Shown piece by piece: positions 18,601 through 26,285 of a stretch of 64,000 bases of DNA (position 1 is the stretch's first letter; each line of letters opens with the position of its first letter). A program made the translations under genes and the position numbers. Below the pieces are notes generated by a model that was not told the DNA's origin, made no database searches, and was given only the letters and a program-made list of their open reading frames with translations. Source of the stretch: Calditrichales bacterium. GTDB lineage: Bacteria; Calditrichota; Calditrichia; Calditrichales; J004. Location: positions 5,137-69,136 of the forward strand of contig WGCN01000029.1 of assembly GCA_015493745.1 (NCBI GenBank), written 5' to 3'.

Positions 18601-21600
18601 ATCGCCCTCCAGCATGGAGAGGGTCAGGTCGAATTTGGATATCTGCTCGTCACTTTCAAACGCCTCGATGGTTAGCCGGTCGCTTTCCATGTTGGCCACC
18701 GGGGTGTTTTGCAACACGAACATCACCTGAAACAGGGGAGAGCGGCTCATGTCACGATCGCGGACCAGGGCGTCCACCAACTGCTCAAAGGGGATATCCT
18801 GATGGGCCTGCGCTTCAAGGCTGTTTTGGCGTACCTGCCGCAGCACATCCATAAAAGTCAAACGGTTGTCCATATCGGCGCGCATCACCAGGGTATTGAC
18901 GAAAAAGCCGATCAACGGTTCCGTTTCCCGGAAACGGCGGTTGGCCACGGGGGTGCCGGTGAAAAAGGTTTCCTGTCCGCTGTACTTGTACATCAGCGTG
19001 TTCCAGGCGGCCATTAATACCATGTACAGGGTAAAATTGTTTTCCAGGGCCAGAGCCTTAACCGCTTCCGTCAGCTTTTCATCCAGACTGAAATCCAGCA
19101 CGGCACCGTTAAAGGTTTGCATGGCCGGGCGGGCAAAGTCCGTGGGCAGTTGTAGCGGCGGCGGGTTGATGCCTATTTTGTTTTTCCAGTATGCAAGTTG
19201 CTGTTCCAGCACCTCGTCAACCAGCCAGCGGCGCTGCCAGATAGCGTAATCGGTATACTGCAGGGGCAGCGGCGGCAACGGAGCTTCTTCTCCGCGGGCA
19301 AAAGCCCGGTACAGGATGCTCACTTCGCGCATCAGCACCGAAGTGGACCAGCCGTCCGATATGATATGATGCATGTTGAGCATCAGCAGATGGCTTTGCT
19401 CCTCAAGGCGCACCACGGTCAGGCGTAGCAGCGGGCCCCGGTGCAGGTCAAAGGGCTTAACGGCCTCTGTGGCGGCAATCTGCCGGGCGCGCCGCAAGCG
19501 CTCCGCCGCTTCCATTTCGCGGATATCCATGAAATCAACGGCCGGTTTGAGCCGCTCATGTATAACCACAAAGGGTTTGCCCTGATCGCTGTCAAAAGTG
19601 CTGCGCAGGGTCTCATGACGCTCGACGATGGCTTCCAGGGTACGCCGCAGGGCTTCATGATCCAGGTGGCCCTTTAACACAAAAGCGGCGGGGATATTAT
19701 AGAGGGCGCTGCCGGGGTTGAGCTGATCCAGAAACCACAGGCGTTGCTGGGCGAAAGAGAGGGGCAGGGGCTCCTCGCGGGGCAGGGCCGTCAACGGCGG
19801 CAGGGCCGTCAGACCGCTTTGATCCAGTTGATCCAACTGAGCGGCCAGGCCTTCCAGCGTCGGACTTTCAAACAACAGGCGCAGGGGAGCTTCCAGGGAA
19901 AACTGTTCGCGGATGCGGGCCATCAGTTGTGTGGCCAACAGGGAATGGCCGCCCAGTTCGAAAAAATTATCCAGCCTGCCCACCTGATCCACCTGCAGCA
20001 GGGCCTCCCAGATTTCCGCCAGTTTTTGCTCGCTCTCCGTTTCCGGGGCGATGTATTTACGGGAAAGCGCGGAACGGTCCAACTCCGGCGCGGGCAGGGC
20101 CTGGCGATCCACTTTACCGTTGGGGGTGAGCGGAATGTTCTCCAGAGCCACATAGGCCGAAGGCTGCATATATTCGGGCAGGGCGCGGGCCAGGGCCTGG
20201 CGGATGGTTTCCGTTTGCGCCGTTTCATCGGCGGGAACCCAGTAGGCCACAATACGCTTGTCGCCGGGAACATCCTCGCGAACGATGGCCACCGCTTCCC
20301 TGACCGCTTCCTGTTCATTGAGCAGGGCTTCAATCTCACCCAGTTCGATACGGTACCCGCGAACTTTAACCTGATCATCCGCGCGGCCCAAAAATATCAA
20401 CTGTCCGTTATTGAGATAGCGAACGATATCGCCGGTTTTATACATGCGGCTGCCGGGCCGGCCAAAGGGATCGGGTAAAAAACGCTCGGCGGTAAGCGCC
20501 GGACGCAAATGATAACCGCGGGCCACACCCGCCCCCCCGATATAGAGCTCGCCGGGAACACCGTGGGGAACCGGTTGCAGACGGCTGTCCAAAACATAAA
20601 CCGGCGTGCCGGGGATGGAACGGCCGATGGGCACGGAACCCTGGCCCTGCCAGCCGCGCGCGTCAAAAACCACGCAGCCCACCACCGTTTCCGTGGGGCC
20701 GTATTCGTTAAACAGATGGGTATCCGCGGCCTGTTGTTGCCAAAAGGCGATCTGGTCGGCGCTCAGGTTTTCCCCGCCGATCACAAAAGCGCGGGTCAGC
20801 GAGGCGGCCTGATCCGCGGGAATCTGATGCGCCAGCAGATCGAGGTGGGCCGGGGTGATCTTGACGATATTAAAATCCTTGTAGCGCAACAGGGCCCCGG
20901 CCAATGCTTCCAGATCGTTTCCGGCGGAGGCCAGGGTGATGGTTTGCCCGTTTATCAAAGGGGTGTATACGGCGGTCACCGTGGCGTCAAAGGCCAGGGT
21001 GGCATGCACCAGGGAACCGCGTCCCTCCCCAAGGGGATAGCCCTGCGCCGTCCAGCTCAGATAGTGCATCAGACCGGCGTGCGTAATCAGTGTGCCCTTG
21101 GGCTTACCGGTGGAGCCGGAGGTGTAAATCATATAAGCCAGTTGTTGCGGCTCCGGGGATGGGCGCGGATTTTCAACGGACTCGGCGGCCAGTTCATCCC
21201 CGCCGATGGTAACCTCTATACGGGGCACGGATACGGTCAGCCCCTCCAAAACCCCGGCTGTGGGCTGATGATGCAGGAGCAGGGCCAGGTTGGCGTCATG
21301 CACCATATAGGTGATGCGTTCCGCGGGATAGGCCGGGTCTATGGGCACATAGGCGGCGCCGCTTTTAAGGATGGCGAACAGGGCTATGATCATTTCCGGG
21401 CTGCGCTGGAAACAGAGACCGACGCGTTGCTCGGGGCCCAGGCCTTTTTTAATCAACAGATGGGCCAGGCGGTTGATCTCTTCGTTAAATTGACGGTAGC
21501 TGTAACGCGCGTCATCCTGTTCCAGAGCGGTTTTTTCAGCGGAGACGTCAGCCTGATGTTCCAGCAGGCGCACCACATTGTCGAAAGGCGGTTGCGGCGC

Positions 21601-24600
21601 CGGGGTGCTGTTGTATTCCCGGATAAGCCGATCCAGTTCCGGGGGATCGATAAAGGGAACGGCGTCCACCGGCACATGGGGCTGGCGGATAAGTTGCAGG
21701 GTCAGCCGCTTAAAGTGTCCGGCCATGCGCTCCATGGTGTCGGCGTCAAACAGGTCGGTGGCATATTCAAAGGCGCCGGCCCAGGCACCGTTCTCTTCCA
21801 GCATGAACAGGGTGATGTCAAACTTGGACATACCGCTGTGCGCCTCCACCGGTTCCACGCGAAAGGCGGCATCGGGGTCTTCGGCCCGCTCGCGGGCCGG
21901 TTTCCCGGCGTTTTGCAGGGCGAACATCACCTGAAAGAGCGGCGTGTGGCTCATACTGCGATCCGGTTGCAGCCGGTCGACGATTTTTTCAAACGGAACA
22001 TCCTGATGGGCAAAGGCATCCAGGGCGGTTTCCCGGATCTGTTCCAGCAAAGCGCTGAAAGTGGGTTGCCCTTCCAGCCGGACCGGCAAGACCAGGGTGT
22101 TTACAAAGAAACCGATCAGAGGTTCTGTTTCGGCGCGGTTACGGTTGGCGATAGGCGTGCCGATGTTGAAACTCTCCTGTCCGCTGTAGCGATAAAGCAG
22201 GGTTTCAAAGGCCGCCAGCAGGGTCATAAAGGGCGTCAGGCCGTGATCCCGGGTAAAGGTGTTGATGGCCGCGCTCTCCCCGGGGGTAAAGGCAAAGGTC
22301 AGGTAGCTGCCTTTTTGCGAGGGCATTTTGGACCGTGGCCGGTCGGTGGGCAACTCCAGTACCGGCGCCACACCGGCAAGGGTTTCCTGCCAAAAACGTA
22401 GCTGCTCTTCCAGCACCTCGCCGGAGAGCCAGGTTTGCTGCCAGTGGGCAAAATCGGCGTACTGTACCGGCAGAGGGGGCAGGGGCGAGGACTCTCCCTT
22501 CAGGAAGGCCTCGTACAAAATACCCAGCTCGCGGATAAAAACCTGCGTGGACCAGTCATCGCTGATAATATGATGGATGGTTATCAGCAGGATAAAGTCA
22601 TCTTCATTCATGTGCACCAAACCGGCGCGCAACAGGGGACCTTCGGAAAGGTTGAAAATGGTTTTGGCAAAACGGTCGGCGATGCGCAGGGCCTCTTTTT
22701 CCCGGGTCGCTTCATCCATTTCACGCAGATCAAAGCGTTCCAGCTCCACGGTGCGTTCCTTATGGATCACCAGCGCCGGATGACCGTCCCGGCTGATAAA
22801 ATTGGTGCGCAGGTTTTCATGCCGGGCGATGATGGTGTTCAGGCAGCGCTGAAAAAGGGCGGCATCCAGTTTGCCCTTGATACGTACCGATTCGGGGATG
22901 TTGTAGTTGGCCGTGCCCGGTTCCAGTTCTTCCAGAAACCACAAGCGCTGCTGGGAAAAGGAGAGCGGCAGTTCCTGAGAGCGGGAAACGGCCATGATCG
23001 GCGGCGCCTGCACCGTGGGCGTGCCCCGCTGTGTAATCTCGATCTTTTCCGCCAGTCCGGCCACGGTAGGGTATTCGAAAATGGATCGCAGGGGGATGTC
23101 GAGATCAAAGGCTTCCCGTACCCGGGAGATCAATTGGGTGGCCAGCAGGGAATGACCGCCCAGGTCAAAAAAGTTGCTGTTGATGCCCACCTTTTCCAGG
23201 CCCAGCACCTCTCCCCACACGGCGGCCATTTTTTCCTCGGTCTCGTTGCGCGGGGCCACATAACTTTCACCGGAGCCATAGTCCTTCTCCGCCGGTTTGG
23301 GCAGGGCCTTGCGATCCACCTTACCGTTGGGGGTCAGCGGGATTTTATCCAGACGAACAAAGGCGTTGGGGATCATATAGTCGGGCAGCTTTTCCAGCAG
23401 GAAGGATTTCAGTGCCGACAGTCCGGGAGCGGGTTCCTGTTCCAGGGTGTAGTAGGCCACCAGCCGCTTGTCGCCGGGGCTATCTTCGCGGACGATGACC
23501 ACGGCATGGTCAATGGCCGGGTGGCGGGCCAGGGCGGACTCGATTTCACCCAGTTCAATGCGGAAACCGCGCAGTTTTACCTGGAAATCGATACGGCCCA
23601 TAAACTCGATGTTGCCGTCGGGCAGGAATTTCCCCTTATCGCCGGTGCGGTACATGCGCGCGCCCGCTTGTTCGCCGAAGGGATCGGGAATGAATTTTTC
23701 CGCCGTCAGGGCCGGACGTCCATGATAGCCGCGGGCCACGCCGGCGCCGCCGACGCATATCTCTCCCGGCACGCCGATGGGCTGCGGGTTCAGGTGGCTG
23801 TCCACGATGTATATTTGCATGTTGGCAAAGGGGCGGCCGATGGGCACATTGCGATCGGCGGGCAGATCGAGCTTGCTGGCTTCAAAATAGGTGCTGTCGA
23901 TGGCGGCTTCGGTAAGGCCGAAGGAGTTGATCAGACGGGTTGCGCTTCCGCCATACTCCAAAAACCGGCGATATTCGCCCACATACCAGGCATCGGAACC
24001 GGCGATCAGACAGCGCATGAAGGAAAGGTCTTTACCGATCTCGTCGAGATAGCTTGTCAGATTGCGTAAAACCGCCGGAACAAACTCGGCGATGGTGACC
24101 TCTTCGCGAAGCATCTCACGGTACAGTTTTTCGGCATTGAGCAGCGTTTCCCTGGGGATCAGGGTCAGCTTGCCGCCGGAACACAAGGCGCGGATGGTAT
24201 CGCCGGCAAAAACATCAAAGGAAAAGTTGGCCATCTGCAAGTGGGAGCGGCAACGGGTTTTGAGCTCATAGGCCTCTTCCCAGGCGTAATAGGAGTTCAC
24301 CCAGCTTTGATGGCTGATGACGGTACCCTTGGCCTGCCCCGTGGTGCCGGAGGTGTAAATCATATAGGCCATGTTTTGCGGGTTAAGCGGGACATCCGGA
24401 TTGTCCGCTTCATATTGTTCCAGGGTCTCCTGCTCGCGGTCCAGGCAAATAAACTTTGCCGCGCTTTGCGGAAGGCGCTCCACCAGGCTGCCGTGAGTGA
24501 TCAATACCGGCGTGGCCGAATCCTCGATCATGTAGGCCAGACGCTCGGGCGGATAGTCGGGATCCATGGGCACATAACCGCCGCCTGCTTTGAGCACAGC

Positions 24601-26247
24601 CAGCACGGCCACCATCAGATCCGGTGACTTTTCCAGGCTGATGCCCACGGGGACTTCGGCCCCAACGCCCAGGGAACGTAAATGGCGGGCCAGTTGGTTG
24701 GCGCGGCGGTTTAATTGCTCATAGGTGATATGGGCGCCGTCAATGGCCACGGCCACGGCCGCGGGCTGCCGGCGGACCTGCTCTTCCACCAGATGGTGCA
24801 TACAGCGCTGCCAGTTGTAGTGGACAGCGGAACGGTTCCACTCTTTCAGAATAAGATGCCGTTCCTGTTCACTGAGAACGGAAAGATCGCTGATACGGCT
24901 TTGCGGGTGGGCGGCCACGGCCGCCAACAGGTTTTCATATTGGCGGATAAAACGTTCTATGGTTTCCTGTTCGAAAAGATCGGTGCAATATTCCACCGAA
25001 GCCAACAGCCCCCGGGTCTGATCGGCCAGGGAAACGGTGATGTCAAAGGTGGCCGTGCCGGCATCCACTTCGATCTGTTCCATTTGGATGGAGGAAACAG
25101 CCGCCGTGTTATCTGCGCCCATGGCGCCGCCGGTGGCGTTTTGCAAAATGAACATGACCTGGAACAGGGGAGAATGGCTCATGCTGCGTTCCGGCTGTAA
25201 CACTTCCACCAGCATTTCAAAAGGAACGTCCTGATGGGCGTAAGATTCCAAAGTGCGCTTGCGGGTACGTTGCAGCAATTCACTAAAAGTGGGATTGCCG
25301 CTCAGGTCGGTGCGCAGGACCAGGGTGTTGACAAAAAAGCCGATCAGCCCTTCGGTTTCGCTTTGGGTGCGGTTGGCAATGGGCGTGCCGACACAGATAT
25401 CTTCCTGACCGCTGTAGCGGTAGAGTAAAATATTGAATACGGCCAGCAGAGACATAAAGGGCGTAACCCCTTCCCGGCGGCTGAGCGCGATGATCTGCTC
25501 ATACAACTCCCGGGGAATGCGGTGGTGGAAATTGGCGCCCCGGCTGGACTGGATGGCCGGACGTGGTTTGTCGGTGGGCAGCTCCAGCACAGGCGTAACC
25601 GGGCCCAGAGTCTCTTTCCAGTAGTTAAGCTGTTTCTCAAGCACTTCCCCCTGTAACCAGTCCCGCTGCCATTTGGAAAAATCGGCGTACTGGATGGGCA
25701 GTTCCGGCAGGGGCACATCCTGATCCCTGGTAAAGGCGTCGTAGATCAGGGCCACTTCGCGCATAAACACACCGATGCTCCAGCCGTCGCTGATGATGTG
25801 ATGCATGGTGACCAGCATGATGGCTTCATCATCCTGAAGACGGATCAGCCGGGAGCGGAACAGGGGGCCTTTTTGCAGATCAAAGGGGGTGCGGGCTTCG
25901 TTCAGGGCCAGCCGCTGTCCTTCGGCTTCACGCTCCTCTTTTTCCAGTGAGCGCAGATCGATTATTTCCAGCGGACATTCCATATCCGGGTGGATCACTT
26001 GTACCGGTTCGTTGTTTTCCTTGTCAAAGGTGGTGCGCAGGGATTCATGGCGGTAGACGATTTCGTCTATGGTGTCCTGCAGGGCCGCAATGTCCAGCGT
26101 TCCCTTTATGCGCACCGCGGTGGGAATATTGTAAAAGGGAGAACCGGGCTCAAACTGATCCAGAAACCACAACCGTTGCTGGGCAAAGGATGTGGGGAAT
26201 ATGTACAGTTCCTGTTCCGCCATTTCATTCTGGTTTTTATCTGTCAT
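12691..26247 (-). CDS. NRPS, modules 10-13 plus terminal thioesterase (C-A-T x4, then TE)
   Basis: Four HHIISD(G/D)WS C motifs. Four A3 motifs (YTSGTTGQAKG and three YTSGSTG(K/R)PKG). Four carriers (GGHSLLATQ x3, GGHSLMAMQ). TE with FFVHPSGG and GSWSLG. Hand-extracted codes: DVGEIGSIDK (Orn), DATKVGEVGK (Asn), DASTVAAVCK (Tyr), DASTIAAVCK (Tyr). Confidence 0.97.
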   Translation of the reverse strand: MTDKNQNEMAEQELYIFPTSFAQQRLWFLDQFEPGSPFYNIPTAVRIKGTLDIAALQDTIDEIVYRHESLRTTFDKENNEPVQVIHPDMECPLEIIDLRSLEKEEREAEGQRLALNEARTPFDLQKGPLFRSRLIRLQDDEAIMLVTMHHIISDGWSIGVFMREVALIYDAFTRDQDVPLPELPIQYADFSKWQRDWLQGEVLEKQLNYWKETLGPVTPVLELPTDKPRPAIQSSRGANFHHRIPRELYEQIIALSRREGVTPFMSLLAVFNILLYRYSGQEDICVGTPIANRTQSETEGLIGFFVNTLVLRTDLSGNPTFSELLQRTRKRTLESYAHQDVPFEMLVEVLQPERSMSHSPLFQVMFILQNATGGAMGADNTAAVSSIQMEQIEVDAGTATFDITVSLADQTRGLLASVEYCTDLFEQETIERFIRQYENLLAAVAAHPQSRISDLSVLSEQERHLILKEWNRSAVHYNWQRCMHHLVEEQVRRQPAAVAVAIDGAHITYEQLNRRANQLARHLRSLGVGAEVPVGISLEKSPDLMVAVLAVLKAGGGYVPMDPDYPPERLAYMIEDSATPVLITHGSLVERLPQSAAKFICLDREQETLEQYEADNPDVPLNPQNMAYMIYTSGTTGQAKGTVISHQSWVNSYYAWEEAYELKTRCRSHLQMANFSFDVFAGDTIRALCSGGKLTLIPRETLLNAEKLYREMLREEVTIAEFVPAVLRNLTSYLDEIGKDLSFMRCLIAGSDAWYVGEYRRFLEYGGSATRLINSFGLTEAAIDSTYFEASKLDLPADRNVPIGRPFANMQIYIVDSHLNPQPIGVPGEICVGGAGVARGYHGRPALTAEKFIPDPFGEQAGARMYRTGDKGKFLPDGNIEFMGRIDFQVKLRGFRIELGEIESALARHPAIDHAVVIVREDSPGDKRLVAYYTLEQEPAPGLSALKSFLLEKLPDYMIPNAFVRLDKIPLTPNGKVDRKALPKPAEKDYGSGESYVAPRNETEEKMAAVWGEVLGLEKVGINSNFFDLGGHSLLATQLISRVREAFDLDIPLRSIFEYPTVAGLAEKIEITQRGTPTVQAPPIMAVSRSQELPLSFSQQRLWFLEELEPGTANYNIPESVRIKGKLDAALFQRCLNTIIARHENLRTNFISRDGHPALVIHKERTVELERFDLREMDEATREKEALRIADRFAKTIFNLSEGPLLRAGLVHMNEDDFILLITIHHIISDDWSTQVFIRELGILYEAFLKGESSPLPPLPVQYADFAHWQQTWLSGEVLEEQLRFWQETLAGVAPVLELPTDRPRSKMPSQKGSYLTFAFTPGESAAINTFTRDHGLTPFMTLLAAFETLLYRYSGQESFNIGTPIANRNRAETEPLIGFFVNTLVLPVRLEGQPTFSALLEQIRETALDAFAHQDVPFEKIVDRLQPDRSMSHTPLFQVMFALQNAGKPARERAEDPDAAFRVEPVEAHSGMSKFDITLFMLEENGAWAGAFEYATDLFDADTMERMAGHFKRLTLQLIRQPHVPVDAVPFIDPPELDRLIREYNSTPAPQPPFDNVVRLLEHQADVSAEKTALEQDDARYSYRQFNEEINRLAHLLIKKGLGPEQRVGLCFQRSPEMIIALFAILKSGAAYVPIDPAYPAERITYMVHDANLALLLHHQPTAGVLEGLTVSVPRIEVTIGGDELAAESVENPRPSPEPQQLAYMIYTSGSTGKPKGTLITHAGLMHYLSWTAQGYPLGEGRGSLVHATLAFDATVTAVYTPLINGQTITLASAGNDLEALAGALLRYKDFNIVKITPAHLDLLAHQIPADQAASLTRAFVIGGENLSADQIAFWQQQAADTHLFNEYGPTETVVGCVVFDARGWQGQGSVPIGRSIPGTPVYVLDSRLQPVPHGVPGELYIGGAGVARGYHLRPALTAERFLPDPFGRPGSRMYKTGDIVRYLNNGQLIFLGRADDQVKVRGYRIELGEIEALLNEQEAVREAVAIVREDVPGDKRIVAYWVPADETAQTETIRQALARALPEYMQPSAYVALENIPLTPNGKVDRQALPAPELDRSALSRKYIAPETESEQKLAEIWEALLQVDQVGRLDNFFELGGHSLLATQLMARIREQFSLEAPLRLLFESPTLEGLAAQLDQLDQSGLTALPPLTALPREEPLPLSFAQQRLWFLDQLNPGSALYNIPAAFVLKGHLDHEALRRTLEAIVERHETLRSTFDSDQGKPFVVIHERLKPAVDFMDIREMEAAERLRRARQIAATEAVKPFDLHRGPLLRLTVVRLEEQSHLLMLNMHHIISDGWSTSVLMREVSILYRAFARGEEAPLPPLPLQYTDYAIWQRRWLVDEVLEQQLAYWKNKIGINPPPLQLPTDFARPAMQTFNGAVLDFSLDEKLTEAVKALALENNFTLYMVLMAAWNTLMYKYSGQETFFTGTPVANRRFRETEPLIGFFVNTLVMRADMDNRLTFMDVLRQVRQNSLEAQAHQDIPFEQLVDALVRDRDMSRSPLFQVMFVLQNTPVANMESDRLTIEAFESDEQISKFDLTLSMLEGDSTLKAQLEYNTDLFKAATARRLMEHFKLLLQQVTQNPAQPIGALSLMDAAALAGQARLLAGESRPFPDNHLIQQLFEQTAETFATKEALRYKHQSFTFADLNRAANRRAHQLRKAGLKAEQLVGISLERSPHMVIALLAVLKAGGVYVPIDPEYPDERIRYILEDAGIGMLLTTQKTMQRMKGVLREAGPDTILFLDEEIDGEFPETNPAPVNHPRNMAYMIYTSGSTGRPKGTMVEHRSLCNLTTFQIKDFLLNEHKRCLQFASFSFDASVSEIFTTLVSGATLVLADKEEMMPGPGLVKLMRDEHITTITLPPSVSALLNPEDFPELDTLVSAGEALPMEVANRWRSNNRRLINAYGPTENTVCATRFVLNRPAEQSTVPIGSPIDNVRVYVLDSRMHPQPFGVPGELYLAGDSLTRGYFKRPELTAERFVPEPFSGIPGARMYRTGDRVRLLDSGVLEFLGRMDEQLKLRGFRIEPGEIEHQLSHYPGIADAVIMVRNAGDQQQLAAYYVAPEKIDAAALRAHMAGRLPHYMQPAAYVHLQSFPLTPNGKVDKRALPEPQWTETDARRPYQAPRNDDEQKMTDIWCEVLKQEKISIHDNFFEIGGHSLLATQLVSRVRDRFETEVELRLLFEAPTISAFTALVLQSARQGGAGRSIPLVPVERDRRLPLSFAQQRLWFLDQLAPDQSFYNIPASIRHRGKLNIEAFKKTVEALIMRHEVLRTTFNVEEGQPYQHVHPRSITEVDVIDLSGLSEDIREEEARRLVNDEANEPFDLELGPLFRAKIVIIAPNDHLVLFTMHHIISDGWSVGILMREFTILYQSFERGRENPLPPLPLQYADYAVWQRSWLKDEVLQKQIDYWKRHIGLNPPALQLPLDFQRPAVQTFNGDSIPFTVEKETLEKLKAFGQREGVTLFMTLLAAFQTFLRHYSGQDEILVGSPIANRTRSETEALIGFFVNTLVFRADFDDRLTFRQLLTRTRRDTLDAYGHQDLPFEQLVEILQPERNMSHSPIFQVMFVLQNTPSGEVDMEDSRIRPIEAEQKIAKYDLSLIAMEAEHGLMVEFEYNTDLFREKTIRRMQERFAYLLDILAEKYDRPLLRLSLLPEKEREKVLALGRGEQHPAPGQPLIQHLFEETVLRYPHQTAVVFKDRSLTFRELNAQANRLAHLLRASGVGPEKLVAISVERSMEMVVGLLAVIKAGGVYVPVDPDYPLERIAYILKDANSPWLLTSRSLKDRFRDLDARLILLDEALPGTYGNKTENPIYLNQPDNLAYVIYTSGSTGRPKGTMLTHRGLCNLTLRQIEDFQLTPERRCLQFASFSFDASVSEIFTTLVSGAALYLMDRATQTSTTRLTNLMRDSRISTVTLPPSLLNIIKDEALPDLHTLISAGEALAPDLARHWSAKCRLLNAYGPTENTVCASRYEVRDADSRATIPIGTALGNVRLYVLDENMNLSPTGIPGELYLAGTNLARGYLNRPALTAERFLPDPFSGKPGARMYRTGDKVRWLESGHLEFLGRADSQLKVRGFRIEPGEIEARMRAHPAVKDAVLSLQRDDNGLSYLAAYVIWKEKADAAALKSALSEQLPDYMIPAVFTGIEQIPLTPNGKVDYRALPEAAIRPEESGSEFIAPRNAMETRLAEIWETILGINPIGVRHNFFELGGHSLMAMQLLNAIEKQFKKDVTLIDFFKEPTIEHLAALLTEESKEESGVKLMLLAKGDTKKPAIFFVHPSGGAVHHYQELAGRLTTGLRFYGIQAQGLDGKTALHKTVEEMAEAYISALKEEQPEGPYILGSWSLGVIISYEMARQLRARGDEVSLLMQLDQGPFVEHKSPEDTAEMLTEMFKRYFKVDTAALRKLPEDEQFKVVLKKAKKVKVVPRFVRVADFQRYITVNETQIQAWLKYKHKPLPGAIHLFRSAENRDKEDLRWGELCDRVDIIDVPGDHIAMLQNPDVRELAAAMDRLLREKTG
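12694..13464 (-). other. Terminal thioesterase (TE) domain of the 4518-aa NRPS
   Basis: Follows the last carrier (Ser codon at 13606..13608). Motifs KKPAIFFVHPSGGAVHHY, YILGSWSLGVIISYE and DVPGDHIAML. Confidence 0.85.
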
Positions 26248-26285
26248 CGATTTTTAAATCTCGTCTATGGTTATACCGTATGGGT

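Noticed and set aside
20509-24069. Long + strand ORFs (630 aa at 20509..22401 and 544 aa at 22435..24069; similar ones at 34179..35990, 51615..52916, 54180..55349 and 12688..13608)
   Set aside because: All lie entirely antisense to NRPS coding sequence that has unambiguous C/A/T motifs. Their translations are low-complexity G/R/A/Q-rich strings with no recognisable motifs. This is typical of shadow ORFs opposite GC-rich genes.
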